Positions 8,545-18,498 of a stretch of DNA of 64,000 nucleotides are shown in pieces. The position numbers were made by a program, and so were the translations under genes. Positions within the stretch are counted from its first letter, which is position 1, and every line of letters starts with the position of its first letter. Source of the DNA: Patescibacteria group bacterium (GTDB lineage: Bacteria; Patescibacteriota; Minisyncoccia; Phycocordibacterales; JAKAEA01). The stretch covers positions 381,857 to 445,856 of the forward strand of contig JAZKCY010000001.1 in assembly GCA_040387855.1 (NCBI GenBank), in the 5' to 3' direction. Under the pieces are notes generated by a model, which did no database searches, was not told the origin of the DNA, and saw nothing but the letters and a program-made list of their open reading frames with translations.

Positions 8545-8955
8545 ATGAGTATCAATATCAAAGCTACGAATTTGGAGTTAACAACAGAAATCGACGGGTA
8601 TCTTACAAAAAAGCTTGAATCATTGAAACATATTGTTGATTTTGATGCAGATAATGCTTTCGCTCAGGTAGAACTTGCAAAGACAACAAATCATCACAAA
8701 ACAACAGAAAGCATGTATCGTGCAGAAATAAATTACCGTGTTGATGGTATGAATGGCCGAGTAGTGAGTGAGAATGAAGATCTTAATGCTGCTATTGATG
8801 AAATGAAAGATCAGCTCGCTCGAGAAATCAAAGCAAAGCAAGAAAAGGACAGAGATGATAAGCGACATGGCGGAGCAGAGCTCAAACAAATGTCACGAGA
8901 AGATGGAGAAGCTGTAGCCGATGAAGTAGATGATAAATACGAAGACGTTCAGTAA
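8545..8955 (+). CDS. hpf: Ribosome hibernation-promoting factor / RaiA family (short form) with an acidic C-terminal tail
   Basis: MSINIKATNLELTTEIDGYLTKKLESL... is the HPF/YfiA signature. Confidence 0.8.
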   Translation: MSINIKATNLELTTEIDGYLTKKLESLKHIVDFDADNAFAQVELAKTTNHHKTTESMYRAEINYRVDGMNGRVVSENEDLNAAIDEMKDQLAREIKAKQEKDRDDKRHGGAELKQMSREDGEAVADEVDDKYEDVQ

Positions 8956-8968
8956 AATCTAAGTAAAA

Positions 8969-9832
8969 CTAGAGAGAAAGGATAAATGTATCGTAATCCA
9001 TTTCTTTTTTACCTTCAGGAACTACACGATCAATAAAGAGCTCATTATGTTCAAAATCATAGTGAGCTTTTTTGATGACTACACGAATCTTTTTATCTCC
9101 TTTTTGAGCGAAGAAAAAAGTGCCCGGCCATTGGTGGAATGCTTGGAACTTTAAGAATTCTTCATAGGGATTGTGCGTGAGAGAAAGCTCGCCATCTGCT
9201 TTTTCTATTTTTCGAGTGTAGGTTGCTTTTGAATGATCTTGTTCAAGAGGTGTAACTTCTCCTGCAATCCATTTTGGAATAGTCTTTACTAAAAGTTTTG
9301 CTCCAGCAGTAACAATTGCTTCTCCAAGTTGTTTTGCCAATGGTGGCCACGGCTCCATAATCACTTCCTCTTGAGCTAAAATTGGTCCATGATCCATTTC
9401 GGCATCAAGGAGCATAATAGTCACTCCTGTGCGTTTTACATCTTGCAAGATTGCAGTTTCGATAGGTGATGCGCCTCGAAGCTTTGGAAGGAGAGAACCA
9501 TGAATATTTAAAATGCCATGCTTCGGGCTATCAATTACTTCTTGCGGAATTATTTTTCCATACGCGACTACTACACCAATATCAAAATTGCCATTTTTAT
9601 ATGCATCGAGAAACGCAGGGTCTTTTAATTTTTCTGGCTGGAGAACTGGTACAGAATGTAATTCCGCCCATACTTTTACTGGAGGCGGAGTAATAACCAA
9701 ATCTCTACCTGCTGGTTTATCAGGCATAGTAACAATGAGGTCGGGAGTCATTCCTGATGCATGCATTTCTTCTAATACCATCACTGCATATCGAGGTGTG
9801 CCAAAAAAAACTATTTTAGGTTTATTGTTCAT
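8969..9832 (-). CDS. fmt: Methionyl-tRNA formyltransferase
   Basis: N-terminal formyltransferase domain (NIHGSLLPKLRGASPIE) plus C-terminal domain. It sits in the conserved def-fmt arrangement. Confidence 0.9.
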   Translation of the reverse strand: MNNKPKIVFFGTPRYAVMVLEEMHASGMTPDLIVTMPDKPAGRDLVITPPPVKVWAELHSVPVLQPEKLKDPAFLDAYKNGNFDIGVVVAYGKIIPQEVIDSPKHGILNIHGSLLPKLRGASPIETAILQDVKRTGVTIMLLDAEMDHGPILAQEEVIMEPWPPLAKQLGEAIVTAGAKLLVKTIPKWIAGEVTPLEQDHSKATYTRKIEKADGELSLTHNPYEEFLKFQAFHQWPGTFFFAQKGDKKIRVVIKKAHYDFEHNELFIDRVVPEGKKEMDYDTFILSL

Positions 9833-10364
9833 CTGATTGGTGTGTTTGAGGTGGCTGATCTTCTATATCTTCTGCTTTGTCTATAAAAAGAATTCCATCA
9901 AGATGATCTATTTCATGTTGAAAGATTTGTGCTAAAAGGCCTGCTGCTCCGCGTTCAAATTTTTCACCTTTCTCATTGTAGTATTCAATAGTTGCTTGAA
10001 TCGATCGTTGTACATTTCCATACAGCCATCGCACTGAAAGGCATCCTTCAGCCATTTTCTTTTTTCGCTTTGAGAGCTTGAGAATTTTTGGATTGATGCA
10101 TACTAGATCAACGGGAATATGGGTGTCTGGTTCTATATCTGGATAATTGGGAACAAATACTTTTCCTGATACGAGAAAAATACGCACAGGTTCACCGATT
10201 TGAGGTGCTGCAATAGCGACTGCATCATCTTCGCCATGCATGGCAATCTGCATGCGTTTAATAACATCTTTAATTTTTGGAGATATGATTTCTGAGACCG
10301 GTACATCTTGAGCTATGCCACGAAGTACAGGATCTCCTTTTTGAACAATGGGTACCATAGACAT
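9822..10364 (-). CDS. def: Peptide deformylase
   Basis: GIAAPQIG, EGCLS and HEIDHLDG motifs. The start is uncertain. I chose MSMVPIV so that it does not overlap the end of priA. Confidence 0.85.
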   Translation of the reverse strand: MSMVPIVQKGDPVLRGIAQDVPVSEIISPKIKDVIKRMQIAMHGEDDAVAIAAPQIGEPVRIFLVSGKVFVPNYPDIEPDTHIPVDLVCINPKILKLSKRKKKMAEGCLSVRWLYGNVQRSIQATIEYYNEKGEKFERGAAGLLAQIFQHEIDHLDGILFIDKAEDIEDQPPQTHQSDEQ

Positions 10365-10371
10365 GACTATA

Positions 10372-12267
10372 TTATAGAAGACTCTCCGGATCAACATTTA
10401 CAGAAATATGAGGTGGAAGAGAGAGAAGCCGCTCAAGTAAGTCTTTATTGACCCATGTGCCTTGATCAAGCTTGAGAAGTGCGTGCATTACGGTCTTTTT
10501 GTTTACGGTTTCAATAAATGCAGGGAATACAAGTGGATTGTAATCTTCCAAAAGCTTTTCTACAAAGTCCATATCACTCGTTACTTGTTCCCGGGTTCCT
10601 TTAATGGTGATTTTTATGAGATTACTAAATGGTGGGTAGCTAAGCTTTTTTCGCTCTTCGATTTCTTCACGATAAAAATCCATAAGATTGCCCTTTGTGG
10701 CATAATCAAAAATACGCTGGTTGCGTGATCGAGTCTGCACTACATAAATCTTTTGAGTAATAGATCTAATCTTCAAAAGAATATTCATGATTTTTTCGTT
10801 GATACGAAAATCAGGAATAGAGAAAAGGGAATCTATAGCTGCAACACCAGAGTTTTCTACTGGTTTCTCAAGATAGGTAAGGGCCATTTCAGTACCAATC
10901 AAAATACTGCCAGGTGAGTTGTAAAATTCATTAACCACAGCCAATGCTTGCTTGTGCGTAGTAATGCTATCTTTATCCATTCTAAAAATCTTCATGTCAG
11001 GGAACATGTTTTGAATAGTATTTTCAATAAGCTCGATGCCAATACCTAGAGTTGTGAGTTTCCAACTATCACAGTTTTTACATCGTTCTTCTGCACTTCT
11101 TCGTTCACCACATCGATGACATAAGAAAAAGTTTTCTTCACCACGATGAAGAACTACAGGCGCAGTACACTTAGTACACAAAACAGTAGTTCCACAATCA
11201 CCACACACAGTCATGGGAGCTAGGCCTCGACGTGCAGCAAACAAAAACAAATTCTCATTATGATCTTTGCTTTGCTGGATCAATGCATCAAGCTCTTCGC
11301 CAATAATTCGAAAATCTGGGCGATCGAGTGTCTTGTATCGCTTCATATCTACAACAACTTCTTTTGATGTAGAAATAGATCTAAATTTAAGGGGAGCAAG
11401 CTCGGCAAGATCACCTTGCTTTGTTCGCCATAATGTTTCAACACGCAATAGATGATCTCCAAAGATAAGTTTGGCACCAATCCGAAGTGCTAAGAATTCT
11501 GCAAATCTTCGTGTGTCTACATACGGACGTATTTGAGCTTTGTATCCGTTTGAACTTTCTCGTTCCAAAATAATAGTACCAATATCAGTCCGAGGAATTC
11601 CAAGAAATGATCCTGTTGTAATAATTAAAACTGGGTGTGGTTCTTCTATAATCTTATTCCAAGTATTTAAGATCTCTTTTTTAGAAAGTGAAGAGTTTAG
11701 AACATAGGTATATTGCTCGATACCTTTTGGAAGGGTACTAAAGATGCGCTTTGTATCTTGAATAGTGGGCAAACAAAACAGCACCGACTTTTTCTTAGCA
11801 AATTGCTCGCGGATCAAACTTTTGTAGTGAGCCAATCGTTCTTCTTCATCTGCTTGAATAGTATAAGGTTCGTGTCGTTCGTTTTGATCAGGTACACTAT
11901 CGGGAATATCTTTTTGTGGGACAACTTTTTCTGCTTGTTCCAAAATTACTTTTGGTGTGACAAGTGCAAGCACACTACCTGTAGATCCTGCAAAATATTC
12001 TGCAGCATCTTGAGCTGCTTTTATAAAGCCTGGGAGGAAGAGGGGAAGGACATTGAGCTTACCAATCTTTTTAAGTGTATAGGTAGAATTTTTTAAATCA
12101 GTTTTTGCTTCAGCTGCTGATTTCATGCCAATAACAAGAGCTGGTACTTCACGGCTTCGTATAGGCACTTTTACTATTGAGCCCGGTTTGATTTCAGACG
12201 TAGTGAAGTAGGAGAGCATTTCTGCGCCTATGCCGCGCGCTATGGGAACTACGTTTACGATGTACAT
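10372..12267 (-). CDS. priA: Primosomal protein N' (PriA)-like with degenerate helicase motifs and an intact Cys-rich zinc region
   Basis: PriA-like domain order with a 4xCxxC-type region (CGDCG...CTKC...CHRCG...CKNC). There is no GxGKT Walker A, and DEEH is replaced (IILERESSNGYK aligns to the lIvDEEHdssyK block). Confidence 0.7.
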   Translation of the reverse strand: MYIVNVVPIARGIGAEMLSYFTTSEIKPGSIVKVPIRSREVPALVIGMKSAAEAKTDLKNSTYTLKKIGKLNVLPLFLPGFIKAAQDAAEYFAGSTGSVLALVTPKVILEQAEKVVPQKDIPDSVPDQNERHEPYTIQADEEERLAHYKSLIREQFAKKKSVLFCLPTIQDTKRIFSTLPKGIEQYTYVLNSSLSKKEILNTWNKIIEEPHPVLIITTGSFLGIPRTDIGTIILERESSNGYKAQIRPYVDTRRFAEFLALRIGAKLIFGDHLLRVETLWRTKQGDLAELAPLKFRSISTSKEVVVDMKRYKTLDRPDFRIIGEELDALIQQSKDHNENLFLFAARRGLAPMTVCGDCGTTVLCTKCTAPVVLHRGEENFFLCHRCGERRSAEERCKNCDSWKLTTLGIGIELIENTIQNMFPDMKIFRMDKDSITTHKQALAVVNEFYNSPGSILIGTEMALTYLEKPVENSGVAAIDSLFSIPDFRINEKIMNILLKIRSITQKIYVVQTRSRNQRIFDYATKGNLMDFYREEIEERKKLSYPPFSNLIKITIKGTREQVTSDMDFVEKLLEDYNPLVFPAFIETVNKKTVMHALLKLDQGTWVNKDLLERLLSLPPHISVNVDPESLL

Positions 12268-12336
12268 ATATTAAGCGTATTTTAGCTTAAATACGTAAGA
12301 AATAATAATTGATCTTATGTGGGTTTTATTTTGTAA

Positions 12337-13896
12337 TTAAAACTCTCTTAAGATAGAAATCTTTGCTCCTATAGAATTGAGTCTGGTAACAATATCTTCA
12401 TACCCTCTATTGATCGAGTAAATGTTTCGGAGGATAGAAGTACCAGGAGCTGCTAGCATTCCAATCAAGAGAATTGCAGCTGGGCGGAGCGCTGGAGGGC
12501 AAATTACTTCTGCAGGCTTTAGCTTTGTAGGACCAGTGATATAGAGTCGGTGTGGGTCTACAAGATTTGTATTTGCTCCGAGTTTATCTATGTCTTTTGT
12601 ATAAATAGCACGTTTTTCATATGGCCAGTCGTGAAGAAGAGTAGTTCCTTTGGCTTGTGAGGCAATGATTGCAAAGAAGGGAAGATTGTCCATGTTGAGT
12701 CCTGGAAACGGACGGCATTCAATTTTTTCTTCAAGAGCAGTAAGCTTTGATGGTGATGTTTTAATATCTACTAAATTAGTATAGCCGTTGAGAGCTTTGT
12801 ATTTTTTTGAAAGCTTGTACTTGAATCCCATCTTCTCCAATTTGAGAAGTTCTAATTCTAGAAAATCTATTGGGGCTCGTTTAATAGTGAGAGAAGAGTT
12901 TGTAACGATAGCAGTAGCTAGGAAAAACATTGCGTCGATAGGATCTTCTGAAAGGTAGTAGGTAACAGGTTTGTCGATCTTTTCGATACCATGAATGGTA
13001 AGAGTTGTTGTTCCAATTCCTTCGATCTTAACGCCACAGGCTTCTAAGAAGTAACACACTTCCTGCACCATGTAATTTGCAGATGCAAATTTAATAACAG
13101 ATGTACCAGGAATAAGTGCAGCGGCAATAACAGCATTTTCAGTTACGGTATCTCCAGATTCATAGAGCACCATTTCAACAGGCTTAAGCACAGGTGCTTT
13201 TACAAGATAATGATTTTCTTTTGCTTCGATTTCAACTCCATAATTTTCTAAAGCATAGAGATGTGGTTTTACTGTACGTGAACCAAGCTTACATCCTCCA
13301 GGCTGAGGGAGATTAAACTTCTTAAATTGGTGAATAAGTGAACCAATGAGCATCACAATAGAACGAGTCTTTTCAGCTGCCACTTTATCCATGTTCTTAA
13401 GATCAATCTTTTCTGGTGGTTTGATTTCAAGATCGTTTCCATTCCATTTAATAGATACTCCAATAGACTCAAATACTTCTATCATACGCTGCACTTCTTC
13501 GATCTTAGGAACGTTCTTAAGAGTGGTTTTGTTTTTATTTAAAAGGGAAGCGGCAAGGATACCCATGGCTCCGTTCTTTGAAGTCTTTGTAATAATTTCA
13601 CCTGAAAGCTTGTGACCTCCTTCAATTTTTACGTTCAATGCACCCTTAGATACATGGACGATATCACGATTGAGCGCATCGCTAATCTTAGCCAACATTT
13701 CGGTAGATAGGTTTTGTTCACCTCGTTCGATGCGCGCGATAGCACTTTGAGTAGTCCCTAATTTTTGAGCAAATTCATGTTGGGTAATAGACCGTTCTTG
13801 TCGCAATGCAGAAATAAGTTTTCCAATTTGTAAAAGGTTCTTATCAGCAGATGTGGGTTCGGTAGCTACTGTCTGATTTTGGGTTTCTTCAGCCAT
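12337..13896 (-). CDS. murA: Fusion protein: N-terminal XRE-family HTH domain plus UDP-N-acetylglucosamine 1-carboxyvinyltransferase (MurA)
   Basis: Start MAEETQNQ at 13896. Residues ~25-85 form an HTH_3 (LRQERSITQHEFAQKLGTTQSAIARIERGEQNLSTEMLAKISDAL). The rest is a full-length MurA including the active-site PGGCKLG Cys. The ORF track's 584-aa version includes upstream read-through. Confidence 0.8.
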   Translation of the reverse strand: MAEETQNQTVATEPTSADKNLLQIGKLISALRQERSITQHEFAQKLGTTQSAIARIERGEQNLSTEMLAKISDALNRDIVHVSKGALNVKIEGGHKLSGEIITKTSKNGAMGILAASLLNKNKTTLKNVPKIEEVQRMIEVFESIGVSIKWNGNDLEIKPPEKIDLKNMDKVAAEKTRSIVMLIGSLIHQFKKFNLPQPGGCKLGSRTVKPHLYALENYGVEIEAKENHYLVKAPVLKPVEMVLYESGDTVTENAVIAAALIPGTSVIKFASANYMVQEVCYFLEACGVKIEGIGTTTLTIHGIEKIDKPVTYYLSEDPIDAMFFLATAIVTNSSLTIKRAPIDFLELELLKLEKMGFKYKLSKKYKALNGYTNLVDIKTSPSKLTALEEKIECRPFPGLNMDNLPFFAIIASQAKGTTLLHDWPYEKRAIYTKDIDKLGANTNLVDPHRLYITGPTKLKPAEVICPPALRPAAILLIGMLAAPGTSILRNIYSINRGYEDIVTRLNSIGAKISILREF

Positions 13897-13926
13897 GAAT
13901 TTGTGGTTAGTTCTAATGCTCAACAT

Positions 13927-13944
13927 TATAGCATATATGCTATA
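13927..13944. promoter_or_regulatory. 18-bp perfect palindrome TATAGCATATATGCTATA overlapping a TATAAT -10 box upstream of HTH-murA (candidate operator)
   Basis: Perfect dyad seen directly, 30 nt upstream of the murA start. On the coding strand it reads ttgcgc-N16-tataat, with the palindrome spanning the spacer and the -10. Confidence 0.5.
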
Positions 13945-13990
13945 TGGCGCAAATATACCGATTTCCATAACTATAGTATTCTGTATACAT

Positions 13991-14335
13991 ATGCCACCTA
14001 TGAAATTTGAAGGAGCTTCGTATGATGATGAAGGGAACAAACAAGAAGATACTTCTAAAGACAAGAAAATTGAACCAGGAGAGTATCCCATGTCTACATT
14101 TGAAGAAGTAACAGATGTTATGGTTCATAGATGCAGTCCTATAATATTACAGACTCGACATATTCATCCAAACATAATAGTAGAACAGATAAAACTCGCT
14201 GGAACCTATTCTACAAAACAAATTGTCGAGATACTTAACAATTCAACGTCATTAGATTGGAATATGAAACCAGGTTTTTATAAAGCCTTGGCGTTAGAAA
14301 TTGCCGAAAGAGTAAGAAGAAATAAGCTTAGATAA
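13991..14335 (+). CDS. Hypothetical protein
   Basis: 114-aa ORF starting MPPMKFEGASYDDEGN. The longer track ORF (13895..) overlaps the murA start region, so I used the internal start. No recognisable domain. Confidence 0.35.
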   Translation: MPPMKFEGASYDDEGNKQEDTSKDKKIEPGEYPMSTFEEVTDVMVHRCSPIILQTRHIHPNIIVEQIKLAGTYSTKQIVEILNNSTSLDWNMKPGFYKALALEIAERVRRNKLR

Positions 14336-14376
14336 GTTTGATTTGTAAATTCATCAGAAATCTATATTATTGACCT

Positions 14377-15390
14377 ATGTCTATGTTTTCTAAAAAGCTC
14401 GGGATTGATTTAGGTACCGCAAATACATTGGTGTTTTTACCGGGTAAAGGGATTGTGTTAAATGAACCATCAGTAGTTGCTATTTCTGAGCAAGATAATC
14501 GGATTTTGGCAGTAGGAGCCGATGCAAAACAAATGATTGGCCGAACTCCAGACAATATTATTGCGTATCGACCAATGAAAGACGGTGTTATTGCTGATTA
14601 CCGAGTTACTGAAGCAATGCTTAGATACTATATTAATAAAGCATTAGGTAAGTGGAGTTTTTTTAAGCCTGAAGTAATGGTTTCAGTGCCAGCCGGAGTT
14701 ACATCTACAGAACGACGCGCTGTTATTGAAGCTGCAATTAAGGCTGGAGCAAAAAATGCTTATGTAGTGAAAGAGCCTATTCTTGCTGCTATCGGAGCTG
14801 GTATTTCTATTCAAGAACCTGTAGGTCGCATGATTGTTGATATTGGAGGAGGTACAACAGACGTTGCTGTGATATCTCTTGGTGGTATTGTGTCGTGTAC
14901 ATCAGTCAAAGTTGCTGGAAATAAAGTGGATACTGCAATCATAGACTATATAAAGAAGACATTTAACCTTTCTATTGGAGATAAAACCGCTGAGGATATC
15001 AAAATTCAGATTGGATCGGCTATTCCGCTTGAAGAGGAACTCTCAATGACTATCAAGGGGCGTGATTTTGTAACTGGCCTTCCACGATCTGTTGAAATTA
15101 AAACTAATGAAATCGTAAAGTGTTTGGCAAAAGAACTTCGGGAGATGATTAATGCTATTAAGACTGTATTGCAGGATACTCCACCAGAACTTGCTTCAGA
15201 TATTATTGACCAGGGAATTATTATGACGGGTGGATCATCACAATTGAGAAATCTCCCAGAACTTGTATTCCGAAGAACTGGTGTTAAAGCCACTCTTGCT
15301 GACGATGCACTCTTTTGTGTTGCAAAAGGAACTGGTATTGCACTCGAACATCTTGATACTTACAAGAAGAGTATTATATCTAAGCGATAA
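14377..15390 (+). CDS. mreB: Rod-shape/actin-like protein MreB (paralog 1)
   Basis: GIDLGTANTLV N-terminal actin-fold phosphate-1 motif. Conserved throughout. Confidence 0.85.
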   Translation: MSMFSKKLGIDLGTANTLVFLPGKGIVLNEPSVVAISEQDNRILAVGADAKQMIGRTPDNIIAYRPMKDGVIADYRVTEAMLRYYINKALGKWSFFKPEVMVSVPAGVTSTERRAVIEAAIKAGAKNAYVVKEPILAAIGAGISIQEPVGRMIVDIGGGTTDVAVISLGGIVSCTSVKVAGNKVDTAIIDYIKKTFNLSIGDKTAEDIKIQIGSAIPLEEELSMTIKGRDFVTGLPRSVEIKTNEIVKCLAKELREMINAIKTVLQDTPPELASDIIDQGIIMTGGSSQLRNLPELVFRRTGVKATLADDALFCVAKGTGIALEHLDTYKKSIISKR

Positions 15391-16023
15391 ATGTTCCAGC
15401 TACCGCTTTCACATGCATATATAGTAGAAGGTAATGCTGAGGAGATTCGTCCAAGTCTTTTTGAGTTTCTTGAAAACACTCTCAAATTTCCAATAGCAGG
15501 TAATCCTGACTTTTGGCATGAGATTCATGAATCACTAACTATTGATGCTGCGCGTGCATTGCGAGAGACCCAGTCTAAGAAGGCCATCGGTGGAGATCGA
15601 AAAATATTCATTATCGAGGCAAGAGGCATGAGCATTGAAGCTCAAAATGCGTTGTTAAAGGCATTTGAAGAACCAACACCAGGTACTCACTTCTTTTTAA
15701 TACTTCCGTCTATAGAAGTTGTATTACCGACTCTTCGTTCACGAGTTCAAATAATTTCTGGACAAAATTCGTATGAGAATGCAAAGCAGCTTGCGCAAGA
15801 GTATAAAAAACTTTCTGTAGGTGACCGAATGAAAAAAGCTGCCGCTATTGCTGAAGAAAAAGATAAAGCTCTTGCTATGCAGATTGTGGATGGACTTATG
15901 TATGTAATGAGAGATTCACAGAAGCCATTTGTGATGCAAGAGCTATTACAATGTAGATCATATCTTAATGATAGATCACCATCAATAAAGATGATTCTCG
16001 AGCATATAGCTTTAATTATATAA
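15391..16023 (+). CDS. holB: DNA polymerase III delta-prime subunit-like (short, no P-loop)
   Basis: 210 aa. AAA-like clamp-loader core without Walker A. LPTLRSRVQ sensor-type motif. Confidence 0.55.
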   Translation: MFQLPLSHAYIVEGNAEEIRPSLFEFLENTLKFPIAGNPDFWHEIHESLTIDAARALRETQSKKAIGGDRKIFIIEARGMSIEAQNALLKAFEEPTPGTHFFLILPSIEVVLPTLRSRVQIISGQNSYENAKQLAQEYKKLSVGDRMKKAAAIAEEKDKALAMQIVDGLMYVMRDSQKPFVMQELLQCRSYLNDRSPSIKMILEHIALII

Positions 16024-16064
16024 AAAGTAGAATAAGTTTAAGAATCTGATACAATACACACACT

Positions 16065-16616
16065 ATGAATTACGATTTTTCACCGCTTAAAAAGAAATTA
16101 AAAGATGTAGAAGAATGGCTTAAGAAAGAGCAGTCACAGATTCGCACAGGGCGAGCTTCTTCTTCAATTCTTGATAATGTACGCGTAGATGCATATGGAA
16201 CTCCCACTCCATTAAATCAACTTGGCTCAGTATCAAATGAAGATCCGAGAACACTTAGAGTTTCATTGTGGGATACAAGCCAGATTAGAGACGCTGAAAA
16301 GGCAATTGTTGCAGCAAATCTTGGGGTAGCTGTAGCAGTGGATGATAAAGGAATCCGTGTTTCATTTCCTGAACTTACTGGTGAACGACGTTTGGCGGTA
16401 GTTAAAACAGCAAAGGAGAAAGCAGAACAAGCAAAAGTTTCCATTCGAAAGGTACGTGATGAAATTTGGAACGATATTCAGGCAAAGGAAAAAGAAGGTG
16501 GTATGGGAGAGGATGAAAAATTTAGATTTAAGGATACTATGGAAAAAGCAATTCAAGAGGCAAATAAGCTTGTTGATGAATTACATGCTCGAAAGGAAAA
16601 GGAAATTATAAGTTAG
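16065..16616 (+). CDS. frr: Ribosome recycling factor
   Basis: 183 aa. Conserved RRF pattern (IRTGRAS..LDNVRVDAYG). Confidence 0.9.
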   Translation: MNYDFSPLKKKLKDVEEWLKKEQSQIRTGRASSSILDNVRVDAYGTPTPLNQLGSVSNEDPRTLRVSLWDTSQIRDAEKAIVAANLGVAVAVDDKGIRVSFPELTGERRLAVVKTAKEKAEQAKVSIRKVRDEIWNDIQAKEKEGGMGEDEKFRFKDTMEKAIQEANKLVDELHARKEKEIIS

Positions 16617-16639
16617 TAACTCAATCTACATAAAATCAC

Positions 16640-17737
16640 ATGACTGTCATTATATTTTTAATTGTTCTCGCAGTACTAGTATTTGTTCATGAACTAGGAC
16701 ATTTTCTTGCTGCAAAGGCATCTGGCATTCGTGTTGATGAATTTGGTATTGGATTTCCACCAAAACTATTTGGATTTAAGCGTGGTGAGACAACATACAC
16801 ACTTAATGCAATTCCATTTGGAGGCTTTGTGAAAATTTTTGGTGAAAATCCTGATGAAGAATCTATTGGTGGACCAGATAAAGCTCGAAGTTTTTTCAAT
16901 AAGCCAAAATATCTTCAGGTTATGGTTCTTGCTGCTGGAGTTACATTCAATATTATATTTGCGTGGTTATTAATTTCTATTGGATTTATGATTGGTATGC
17001 CTGCTCAACAAGGATACTCATCACAGGTTGCTACAGAAAATTCACAAGCAACTATTCTTGCAGTACCTCAAGGTTCACCTGCTGAATTAGGAGGACTTAA
17101 AGCAGGAGATAAAGTAGTGAAACTTACTGCGGGTGCAGAAAGCACTCAGGGCAAGCTATCTGTAGAGCAAATTCAAAGTTTTGTTGCGACAAAAAAGGAT
17201 CAGCCGGTAACTTTTGATGTTACTCGTGGATCAGAGGCTATTTCTGTGCAAGTTACTCCTAAAGAAGGAATTGTGGCTGATAGAGCTGCTATAGGAGTAC
17301 AACTTGGTGAAGTAGGAATCTTGAAGCTCAATTTTTTCCAAGCTTTCATTGAAGGTGCAAAGTATACTGCATATATTATTCAGGCTACTGCTGTAGGGTT
17401 AGCTCAGTTTTTGTTCCAAGCGGTAACAGGTAGAGCTGATTTTGCTACTGTTACTGGTCCTGTAGGTATTGCGGGTATGGTTGGTGATGCTACACGACTA
17501 GGAATTGTATACCTTTTATCTTTCACAGCTATTATTTCTGTAAATCTTGCTGTTATCAATCTTATTCCGTTTCCAGCACTTGATGGAGGAAGAATTCTCT
17601 TTGTAATTATTGAAAAAATAAAGGGATCTGCAATTAGTCCAAAATTTGCTAATGCAGTGAATGCAGCTGGATTCGCATTATTGCTCTTACTTATGCTTGT
17701 TGTTACATTCAACGACATACTAAACCTCTTTAAATAA
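16640..17737 (+). CDS. rseP: RIP metalloprotease RseP (site-2 protease) with PDZ domain
   Basis: HELGH zinc motif in TM1. PDZ region. NLIPFPALDGGR motif. Confidence 0.85.
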   Translation: MTVIIFLIVLAVLVFVHELGHFLAAKASGIRVDEFGIGFPPKLFGFKRGETTYTLNAIPFGGFVKIFGENPDEESIGGPDKARSFFNKPKYLQVMVLAAGVTFNIIFAWLLISIGFMIGMPAQQGYSSQVATENSQATILAVPQGSPAELGGLKAGDKVVKLTAGAESTQGKLSVEQIQSFVATKKDQPVTFDVTRGSEAISVQVTPKEGIVADRAAIGVQLGEVGILKLNFFQAFIEGAKYTAYIIQATAVGLAQFLFQAVTGRADFATVTGPVGIAGMVGDATRLGIVYLLSFTAIISVNLAVINLIPFPALDGGRILFVIIEKIKGSAISPKFANAVNAAGFALLLLLMLVVTFNDILNLFK

Positions 17738-17821
17738 AAGTTGTCCACAGTTAACAGTAGTAGTGAGCGTGCTCATCTGATACAATAACTACATCACTAA
17801 ATTAGTTAAGTATTAAAAGCC

Positions 17822-18475
17822 ATGGGTATTTCAGAAATTAAAAAAATAGTAGCACTGACAACAATCCTTTCAGTTGCATCGGTTGGATTGTATGTTGCAG
17901 CTGAACCACAGATTTCAAGCGCACAGGCAACTGCAGATGATACTGTTATTATTACACTTAACGTTGATGCGGGTATCTCTATCACAAGTCCTGCAGACTC
18001 TTCAATGAGTACAAACTTGGGTGTTTCTGTAAATAAGGCTATTGCTACAACCACTTGGAATGTTAAAACTAATAACAATCTTGGATATACTCTTGCTGTA
18101 AAAGCATCTCAGGATCCTGCAATGCAGTCAGCTGGTGATGAAGTGTTAGATTACACTGAATCTGTAGGAGGTACACCTGAGACATGGTCTGTAGGTGCAA
18201 GTACCGCAGAATTCGGATATTCAGCATTCGGAACCGATGTTCCAACTGGTACATGGGGAACAGGCTCACAGTGTTCTTCAACTGTTAATGCAAACTCAAC
18301 TACTCTTAAGTACGTAGGTTTTAGTACATCTGATAAAACTATTGCAACACGATCTTCAACTACAACTCCTTCTGGCATTGATTCTACAGTATGCTATGCT
18401 GTAGAACAAAATGGTTTCTATATTCCATCTGGAACATATACAGCTACCATTACAGCAACTGCGACCACCCTCTAA
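17822..18475 (+). CDS. Secreted Ser/Thr-rich surface protein, WxL-domain-like
   Basis: Signal peptide. TTWNVKTNNNLGYTLAVKAS resembles the first WxL motif. Clear paralog of 19491..20237. Confidence 0.5.
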   Translation: MGISEIKKIVALTTILSVASVGLYVAAEPQISSAQATADDTVIITLNVDAGISITSPADSSMSTNLGVSVNKAIATTTWNVKTNNNLGYTLAVKASQDPAMQSAGDEVLDYTESVGGTPETWSVGASTAEFGYSAFGTDVPTGTWGTGSQCSSTVNANSTTLKYVGFSTSDKTIATRSSTTTPSGIDSTVCYAVEQNGFYIPSGTYTATITATATTL

Positions 18476-18498
18476 TTTAACTTGGTTACATAAATAAA

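Noticed and set aside
8620-8889. 89-aa minus-strand ORF
   Set aside because: Antisense to hpf.
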